Translations under genes and position numbers: made by a program
Shown here: piece by piece, positions 55,484-64,000 of the stretch
How positions within the stretch are numbered: the first letter of the stretch is position 1
How the letters are laid out: each line of letters begins with the position of its first letter
Source of the DNA: Eledone cirrhosa
Taxonomy: Eukaryota
Length of the DNA stretch: 64,000 nt
Direction: 5' to 3'
Assembly (NCBI GenBank): GCA_964016885.1
Contig: OZ024752.1
Location: 46,748,001-46,812,000, forward strand
The notes under the pieces: generated by a model
What the model was told of the DNA's origin: nothing
What the model saw: only the letters and a program-made list of their open reading frames with translations
Databases searched by the model: none

Positions 55484-56090
55484 TTTAAGGAAGTGGCCTT
55501 GATCAATATGTAGAAAAGGAGTAGGCATAAACTCTATATGATGTACACCATGCAAATCTTGTACACAAAAGGTGTAGTGGGATAGCAGGCAAACTAACAG
55601 GAAAGGAAAACTTTGTATATAGTAGATGTTCAGGGACAATTGATAGTAAGTGTGCCAATAATGATAATAAAATAAATAATATTAACCTGTTCCAGTCCTA
55701 TAAATGATCCATAGAAGTGGTTGATAGCTTCTGCTACCTAGCTGATATAATTAGCAGTGAAGGTAGGTGCTCAGAGAACATAGTAGCTAGAATAAGGCCA
55801 GGATGGAAGAAGTTTAGGGAACTGCTACCCCTGCTAATAACAAAAGGTTTCTCCCTACAAATAAAAGAGTGTCTGTATGATGCTTGAGTGTTTAGTTACT
55901 GGGTATAAGAGGTATCAGATATGTGTAGGTGAGAAAACTGTGCTGGTATGGATATGTGATGTGAATGATGATTGGTGGGTGAAGAAGTGTCAGGTAATCC
56001 CAGTAGAAGGAAGCTGCAATAGAGAAAGACTATGGAAGACCTGGATGGAAGTGGGAAAAAAACCAGCCAGCAGGAAACCTAGGGGGTAGA
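55480..56090 (+). mobile_element. Decayed RTE-type LINE fragment
   Basis: Broken frames reading IEVVDSFCYL, ARIRPGWKKFRELLPLL, WVKKCQ..VEG...KTW.E, typical of the RTE ORF C-terminus. Confidence 0.65.
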
Positions 56091-57733
56091 CCCCCGAGCA
56101 AAATGGTTGGATAACATCCATGAGCTCGGCTGATCTTGCTTAGGGGTCCAGCCAGATCAACTGAACACAGTTGTTTTTGACAGGTACTGCTGAAAGCCAT
56201 GCTTGAGGACTCTGCACCTTCACATTATCTATACGTTAAAGATGTGTGTACTGAATGACATACATGATAAATTCTTAATTTATTGAAAAGTAAATTGTCA
56301 GCCAGAGAAAGGTAGCGAAATCCTTGTGACTGTTGTTAGCATCTCTGATGGAGCAAGGGAGATAATTTACAAAATCAAGGATGAATTGATATTTGAATTA
56401 ACATGCAAAGGGAAATTGACAGTATGGAGCATTGGTGGTGAGATACAGAAAGACGTAGACAGACATAAAGTTATGTCTCCTTCACCTATATAGTGAGAGA
56501 GGGGGGGACCAGTGAGCGATATGTACATAAATAGAGAGAGAAAAGGAACGACATTTGTTTAGAGAGAGGGGGAAGGGGTGACAGAAAGAGGGAGCAGACG
56601 TCGCCCCCATCTATTCTTTATAACATCTAAATCAAACTGGATAGTTGTTGACTTATGTAATGTGGGATTCCCACCAAAAACTTCTGCAACATGATAAAGC
56701 TTTGTGGTTTATATTTTAGGATTTAATTGTACATACATTCGAGAAGCAAATGGCGTGTATTAAATTTGATAATGTTTATGGTTAACAAAAGTCAGAAAGA
56801 AGAAAAAAAAGGGGAGAAAAGGAGACGTATGCATTCCTTTAATTACACACCACAACAAGAAATGCTGTTGTTGACTTCTAGAGATTTTCAAGACAAGCCA
56901 AGACACTCACGGTAATAACACGGGTGATGGCGAGGTTAAGGCGCTAGAATAGCCAAGCACCCCCTCGTGAGTCTCATCTGATACTTGAAAGAGATGCCAA
57001 TTGTCTTCTTAAAGCTTGTTCCATTACAATTGATTTTTTTTCTTCCGTATGTGTGTGAACGTAGAATTACATCAGTTGAGAATTCCTGTGTTCTTGTATT
57101 TATTTGCTCATTATTTATTTTATGTGACAAATAGACGAAAATCAAGTGGAAATCTTCAACGAAAGCGATGTCCACTGAAACGAACTTCAATTTCAAACTT
57201 GGTTCAGGGGAGCTTACTTTGTGCAAATATGAAGTAAAAATAACAGAGAGATCACAAGCACAAGTTTTCGTTGAACAAAACACGCCCCTTACAATAACAC
57301 ACACTACTGCATAGATGTAGACAGATAGAGATGTAGATAAGCATTCAGACATACAGATAGATAAATATAACGTGGTAAAGGAATTAGTAAGAATCAACAA
57401 TTACGATTTAGATTCCTATTGCCAACATTTCATAAATAAAAATATTTGTGAATGTTTGACATTTATGATAGAAATAAGAAAACGAAAATATATTATCAGA
57501 TTCGTTGAATTCATTGTGTATATACACGTAGGTTTCATTTGTCGGCTCGTATTATATATTAAAAAAAAAATCTTCAATTTCTTTACTTTACTGACTATGA
57601 TTTCTTGCGGAGAGGGGACTTGCTTCCTCCAGATCCAACATTGATGTCCTGGGCATATTTAGTGCTACCTGTTAACATTGAAATGTGCGTAAAGGTTGAT
57701 AACATTACTTGAAGTATCGTCTTTGGTCTGTAC

Positions 57734-57784
<51 letters not shown>

Positions 57785-58049
57785 TGTCAGACCTACCAAC
57801 CTCTAAAAACCCAAACGGGGAGTATCACGAAAAAAAGTGCCTCAAAACGGAGAGAAATGATGCAAAATGGGGAGATTTGACATTATGACAGCTATAACCA
57901 TTTTCACAAGAGAAGACATTTATCACCCACCGCAAAGCGAGTGAGAGATTTCCCCGTAGGACGGGGAGAGTTGACAGGTATGTATATGGGTAGCAGAGAC
58001 AGTAGCAAGTAGACTGGAAAAATGGGGTTAGCAGAGACAAGTACCAGGT

Positions 58050-58600
58050 AGCTAAGAGAGAAGCTAGACGACAAGTATATACAGGTCTTGGAACGTGAAG
58101 TGTTCCGCATTGCAAGGCAGTGTGTTAGTGAAAATCGTGATATTGTGGGGTGGGGTAGAAATGGCGCTGATGCACTTAGTATCAACTATGTCCAAAAGAA
58201 AGTGGTATAGAAATGTTACTATGAGAGATTGATGAATGTAGAGAATGAATTAGATGAAGAGAGAGACTATCCATAACTTACCCAACAGAAGGACCAGCTA
58301 TTGAAGTTGACATTCATAGGGCCAAAGAACCAATGAAAGAGATGAAGAATGGTAAAGCTGCGAGATCGTCAGAAATAGTTGCTGAGATGCTAAAAGCATC
58401 GGGAGAAGTAGGAGCCGAACTTGTAAATCAGGTAATACAGGACGGAATAATTGGAGCTTAAAACTGGCTGTCCACGGGAACTTCTCTATGCAGATGATTT
58501 GGTCCTTATAACCGAATTCATAAAAGAACTAGAAAATAAGTTTCAACTATAGAAACGGAATCTGAAATCCAAAAGGTCTGAGAGTAAACTTAGCCCAGGT
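58050..58600 (+). mobile_element. Decayed RTE-type LINE RT fragment
   Basis: YYERLMNVEN, MKEMKNGKAA..SEIVAEMLKASG, ELLYADDLVL remnants with stops and deletions. Confidence 0.65.
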
Positions 58601-61469
58601 ATTTCTCGGTTTACTTCTACAGCGGCTTCCTTCCAATTCTTCACCAATCAATTATCATCCATGCGCGCATCAGCTGTCCATACCAAGGCAGTCTTCTCTC
58701 CAGTACACCACTCGGTTTCCTCTTAAACTAAGTTTCTCTCAGTTCATCCAAGCTCTGCCTTTCTCTCACACATCCAACGAAGCATGGCTCCTTCTTTTCT
58801 CTTCAGTCAACGCATGTCTTCTTAAAATATTCTTCATCTCGCAACATTAAAGACAGCATGTTACTTTTACGTCTGGGTTTCAGAATCGAATCGAAATTAT
58901 TTTCTTTTTCATTATCAATACAGAATGTAGGGCGGTGTACTGGTAGTAATCGATAAAGCGTCGGACATGATTTGTGGTATATAGTGACGTCCCTTTACGT
59001 TCTGAGTTAAAAGCCCGCCGAGGTTAAGCTTTGCTTTTTATCCTTACGGGGTCGATAAAATAAAGTACCAGTAACACACTGGTGTTGATTTAAACGACTT
59101 CCCGCTCCCCCAAAATTGTTTGCCTTGTGCCAAAATCAGAAACCATTATCAATACAATATATATATATATATATAAATATTTGCAGTTCTCTGGTTCTGG
59201 GCTCGGCACCACGACCAATATTCTACCGTAACTTTGGTTCGATGGAAACTGGCAATGTATCTGGTGAACCATAGTTTCTCCATTCTTCAACTACTCTCAG
59301 AGAATCTGCAAAGGTCATGCTGCCCTTTCTCATTTGGTTTATTAATAAACAAAATAACGTATCTTTTATTTTGGTTCGTTAGCTTGGGATAAGATTTCTG
59401 GTCATTATTTTTTCTTTTTCGTCCGCGGGGTATGGCTGAAGAACCACTTAGACTGGGGTATAGTGTTTGTCCCCCCCCCCCCTGTTTGATCCTTTTTTTT
59501 TTCTTTTCTTTTCCTTTAATAGGGTTTTATTTTTATGTAATTATATTCTCGAAATAAAAGGCCGAGTATTTACATTGACGACAAAAAAGTTGAAAGTGAA
59601 GTGAATGAAAAGTTGACCATATATTCTCTCATTTCACAAAATACTTACTGTCCCGCCAAAAGAGATCACAGTTTCTAAGCAGTAATTGATATGGTTCTCT
59701 GAATGTTTACTTTTAGTTTTACAACATTCATCAATAAGAAATATTCTTTTCTTTTTGATTGAGGAAATGTATATTTTAGGGAAAAGGAAAACAGAATATT
59801 CTGTCTCTCAGGATTGTTAACGTGTGTATTAAATGAGAAAGGCGATGTTATTAGTAATTGAAACTTCAGTGGACTCACCCACATTTAGCTATAAAATGTT
59901 GGTTTCATTTTAATACTAAAAAATTCTCGATAACTTTCAGTTTAAAAAGAGAATATTTCACTCTCCTCCTCGTGTTTTTTGTCGATATTAATCCCATAAA
60001 TAAATTAAAATTACTTAAATTATCAATGACCCCCCATAATAATTATCAACGAATGCAATTAGTTAGTAAAAAAAATATTTTGTTGCGTCATTAGGGATTT
60101 TTTAAACCACATATACATATATATATATATATATATAGGAACATTTTCAAGACCCCGACGGCAGAGCTCAAGCCATTTCGACGGCTATTTCTGGACAAAA
60201 TAGCCGTCGAAACGGCTTGAGCTCTGCCGTCAGGGTCTAGAAAATTTTCCTATTACCCACTCTACTACCCTAAGTATTGAGTACTCTGGTGCGTTATGGT
60301 CCACCTGGTTCCTTACCATACTTTCTTCCTTATATATATATATATAGTCAAATTTTCTTAATGCGCCTTACATAAGAAACACACGGAGAGGATAAAAACA
60401 TTAAATGTTTATAGAGGTTAATAAAGTGGAAAGATTCAGTTTGTCTTCTTATAAAATGTTTTTATAAGAAGTAATAGAGAGAATATTTAAATATGAGGCT
60501 GATATATATTTTGTCAGTGCACGATATACACAAACAACTTTTCTAAAAACGCACATGTAGGAAAAAAAAATATACACCTCCATATATATATATATATATA
60601 CACACATATATATATATGCACACACACACATATATATATATATATATGCACACACATATATATACACACACACAACAAAGAGAGGACAAGACAACGAACG
60701 GAAACAAAACAAAAAACAATTTTTAAAGAGGAAACCTTAAAAAAATTATCTAAAAAAAAAAAAGATATATAAACGAATGACACAGAAGTATAGGGTCACC
60801 GTCCGTTGAGATGGACTTTGGCAGTTTCGACCCCTACCAACGGTTCCGCTGGTCCACCCGGGGTCACAGTGTCTGACATAAGCCAAACACTGTCCAGTGG
60901 AATAAGAGATGAGAGACAAAACATTAATTTATAGTAATTAAGCTATAAAACACATAAAATGTTGTATATAACATACAAACAAAAGCCCCAAACAAGTTGG
61001 CACATGTGATTCCAACTACATAATTACTTTCTATGTATGATTAAATTAAAAAAAAATATTTCGAACTAAAATTATTCCAAATATTTTTTTTTATAATCAT
61101 TTTTATTTTTAATTTTTAATTAAAGCAAAATTATTTTAATTGAAAGTTATAGAAATTATTAATAATAAATAAAATTTCATCAATAAAATAACAGATTTGT
61201 TATTGAAATCCAAATAATTTTTATAATGTCAACATTTAGAGTTATATCGTAGCATAACTGTGGTTAAGTAAGGCAAGATTATTTTATTATTTTTTCAGTT
61301 GAGATAAATAATTCGATAAAGAAATGCCTCCATTTCCTGTTGGTATTTCAAAATCTAAACTATCAGCAGCAATAATTGTCTTTTGTACAACAACCTCTTT
61401 AGCCATGCTGTTTTCTTCTGTGTCTATTTTAATAACAGGAGAGTTCCTCCAAAGGGACGTAAATCTTAG

Positions 61470-61530
61470 TCATGGTCGCCATTTGCACGTTTATGGCGCT
61501 TATGTGAACACGCTAGTAACTGGAAAACAA
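61470..61530. promoter_or_regulatory. Putative RBM25 promoter/TSS region
   Basis: Opposed YY1-like motifs CGCCATTT and ATGGCG about 100 nt upstream of the ATG. Confidence 0.3.
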
Positions 61531-61587
61531 TGACTCTGAGTGTTGGAAACGACAATTTTCTTTGAAAAAGGAACCAAAAAGGATATT

Positions 61588-63975
61588 ATGTCTTTACCAC
61601 CTCGGCAACCTATAGGAATGCCACCTATGGTACCTGGTATGATGACACAAGGCTATACTTTTCCAACAATGGGTATGGTATCTGTGAGTCCGATGGGACT
61701 CATACCTCCTGTTATACGACCAATCGTAAGTACAAGTTCCACTTCTACATTGACTCAAAGTAAACCAAAAAAGCTAGAAAATAAAGTAAATGACAAAAAG
61801 AAAGATAAACCTCCTGTAACGACAGTATTTGTGGGTAACATCAGCGACAGAGCGCCAGATGCGATGGTTGGACTTATGCTACAGAAATGTGGCGACGTTT
61901 TGAGTTGGAAACGGGTACAAGGAGCATCCGGGAAAATGCAAGCCTTCGGATTTTGTGAGTATGAAGATCCTGAAGCTACACTCAGGTGTATCAGGCTTTT
62001 AAATGATTTTGAAATTGCTGATAAAAAGTTAGTCGTTAAAGTTGATGCTAAAACTAAAACTTTGCTAGATGAATACGAGAAGAAAAAGAGCGATGAAAAA
62101 AAGATTGCTGAGGCAAAGGTGAAAGAGGATGGAGAGAAAGAGAAAAAGGAAGAAGGAGAAGAATCTGAACAGGAAACACCGGAAACAACTAATGGTGATG
62201 GTCTTGATGATAACACTAAATGTGAAGATAGTCTCATTAAAGCAGGGCTTGACGCTATTCTCAGGGAGTTTGCTGATGATTTGGCCAAAGAGCCACCCGC
62301 AGAAAAAGAGAAAGATGGTAAAGGTATGCATAGGAAAAATAAGGAAGAAAAAATTCAAGCCGATAAGGGCCTTGATGATATGGAGTTGGAAGAAGACACC
62401 AAAAATATTATCAACAGAGAAATTAAGAGCTTCCGAGATCTTCATAAAGACGAGGAAGTGAATGACAAAGAGAATCGAAACCGTGACAGTATGTCTCAGT
62501 CTAGCAGTCGAAGACGACACGACGATTCGAGAGCACGGAAAGATAAAGTTCATAAAAGTAAAATTTTCCAAAGAGATCGAAGCCATTCTAGAAGTTCTTC
62601 CCGGACACGATCTAGGTCTAGATCGGAATCTCGGTCAAGGTCTAGGAGGGATAAGTCTCGAGAAAGATCCAGAGAAAAATCACGAGACCGATCGAGGGAA
62701 AGATCAAAGGACAGAGATCGCAGGGGACGTGGTCGAGACTTTGAAGAGGAAGAGGAAGCTTTGGAAAGACGTAAGCTGGAAAAGAAATTTCGTGAGAAAG
62801 AAGCAGCGTACCAGGAACGATTAAAAAACTGGATGCTCCGCGAGAAGAAACGTATGAGAGAGTACGACAAAGAACGAGAACGAGAATCTGCTCGTAAAGC
62901 TGAAGAGTCCAAAGAAGCTCGGCGCCTCAAAGAGTTCCTGGAAGATTACGATGACTTGCGAGATGATCCAAAGTTTTACAAAGGCAGTGCTCTAGCTCGT
63001 CGACTGAGCGAACGAGAAGTTGAAAAGCAATTAGATGCTAGAGACAGACAGAAAGAAAAGGAAGAGCTAGAAGAGATCCGATTGAGACTCTTACAAGAAG
63101 GCCATGAAGATGCTGAAGCCGAAATTGCTAAAATGGAACAAGAAAGAGATGAACACCTGAAACCTAGGCTTCATTTACTTCCACAGTCACCTTCCCCTGT
63201 GAAGAAACCTCGAACTCCTCCTCTTCCAAGTCCCAGGAAAGAAATGAAGAGCGACTGTGAGATTGTGGAGATCAAACGCAGTCCTCCGCCAAAAATGCAA
63301 CCAACATTAAGACCTGTTGAAATCATCCCTTCCATTGCCAACAATTCCAAAAGCCCATCTGCTGGTATGGAAAGGCCACTTCACAAAAGCCTGGACAGCA
63401 ACATGGAACCAAGCATTTCATCAAATGCTAAAGAGGAACCTGCTAAGATTGGCTTCAGTTCGATAAAGCTTGGCAGTTCAGACAGCCCTAGTGAATGTAC
63501 ATCTTTCAAAAAGAAAAGGATAACTGTCGGTGATGTCTTCAGTCAAGACGACGACAACACAGACGCAGTGAAGAAACGCAAACTTGTTCCATTAGATTAC
63601 GACGAAGAGAAATCTGAAAAGAAAACAACCACAGCCGAAGAAAAGAGACAGTTGATAAAAAAACTTATCGAGCAGATTCCGACAGGGAAGGATGAGTTGT
63701 TCTCTTATCATTTAGACTGGAATACAGTGGACCAAACACTTATGAACAAGCGCATTAGACCATGGGTAAATAAGAAAATAGTAGAGTACATTGGTGAGGA
63801 AGAGCCCACTTTAACTGACTTTATTTGCCAAAAGGTAATTGGACGCAGTTCTCCGCAGAGCATCTTGAATGATGTTGCCATGGTTCTCGACGAGGAGGCT
63901 GAGGTGTTTGTCGTCAAGATGTGGAGATTGCTCATCTATGAGACTGAAGCTAAGAAAGCTGGACTTGTCAAGTAA
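61588..63975 (+). CDS. RBM25: RNA-binding protein 25 (Snu71 homolog), 795 aa, no introns in CDS
   Basis: Pro/Met-rich N-terminus, RRM (VFVGNIS...AFGFCEYE), RE/RD/RS-rich middle, LKEFLEDYDD..DDPKFYKGSAL motif, C-terminal PWI domain (IRPWVNKKIVEYIGEEEPTL...LIYETEAKKAGLVK). Confidence 0.96.
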   Translation: MSLPPRQPIGMPPMVPGMMTQGYTFPTMGMVSVSPMGLIPPVIRPIVSTSSTSTLTQSKPKKLENKVNDKKKDKPPVTTVFVGNISDRAPDAMVGLMLQKCGDVLSWKRVQGASGKMQAFGFCEYEDPEATLRCIRLLNDFEIADKKLVVKVDAKTKTLLDEYEKKKSDEKKIAEAKVKEDGEKEKKEEGEESEQETPETTNGDGLDDNTKCEDSLIKAGLDAILREFADDLAKEPPAEKEKDGKGMHRKNKEEKIQADKGLDDMELEEDTKNIINREIKSFRDLHKDEEVNDKENRNRDSMSQSSSRRRHDDSRARKDKVHKSKIFQRDRSHSRSSSRTRSRSRSESRSRSRRDKSRERSREKSRDRSRERSKDRDRRGRGRDFEEEEEALERRKLEKKFREKEAAYQERLKNWMLREKKRMREYDKERERESARKAEESKEARRLKEFLEDYDDLRDDPKFYKGSALARRLSEREVEKQLDARDRQKEKEELEEIRLRLLQEGHEDAEAEIAKMEQERDEHLKPRLHLLPQSPSPVKKPRTPPLPSPRKEMKSDCEIVEIKRSPPPKMQPTLRPVEIIPSIANNSKSPSAGMERPLHKSLDSNMEPSISSNAKEEPAKIGFSSIKLGSSDSPSECTSFKKKRITVGDVFSQDDDNTDAVKKRKLVPLDYDEEKSEKKTTTAEEKRQLIKKLIEQIPTGKDELFSYHLDWNTVDQTLMNKRIRPWVNKKIVEYIGEEEPTLTDFICQKVIGRSSPQSILNDVAMVLDEEAEVFVVKMWRLLIYETEAKKAGLVK

Positions 63976-64000
63976 TGTGACAATTTCTCTCACATTAAAA

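Noticed and set aside
60790-60880. Hammerhead-like CTGTGA-CCCC...GGGGTC-GAAAC...GTC on the minus strand
   Set aside because: Core lacks a required nucleotide (CTGANGA) and helix I does not pair.
61540-61587. Upstream non-ATG start of the RBM25 ORF
   Set aside because: Eukaryotic gene; the first ATG at 61588 matches the expected N-terminus.
61755-63993. Antisense and alternate-frame ORFs over RBM25 (likewise those over the SENP and NOL9 exons)
   Set aside because: Shadows of low-complexity coding sequence; no motifs.

Overview
AT-rich, microsatellite- and SINE-dense animal genomic DNA. The repeat landscape suggests a coleoid cephalopod such as Octopus (inference only). I reconstructed four protein-coding units by hand. 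(1) The 5' part of NOL9 (polynucleotide 5'-kinase, minus strand), whose Lys/acidic-rich first coding exon (23970-25198) is separated from the next exon by a 22-kb intron. (2) An uninterrupted Ulp1/SENP SUMO-protease ORF (8900-11548) nested on the same strand inside that intron, with a splice acceptor in phase with the NOL9 exon. (3) A complete 12-coding-exon NADP-isocitrate dehydrogenase IDH1 (minus strand, 36283-50431). Its UGA-CUG stop is followed in frame by a 12-codon extension ending in the peroxisomal signal SKL, a strong stop-readthrough candidate. (4) An intronless RBM25 (plus strand, 61588-63975). Repeats include a CR1-type LINE, RTE fragments, two SINE families, several MITEs and several Penelope-type minimal hammerhead ribozyme motifs.
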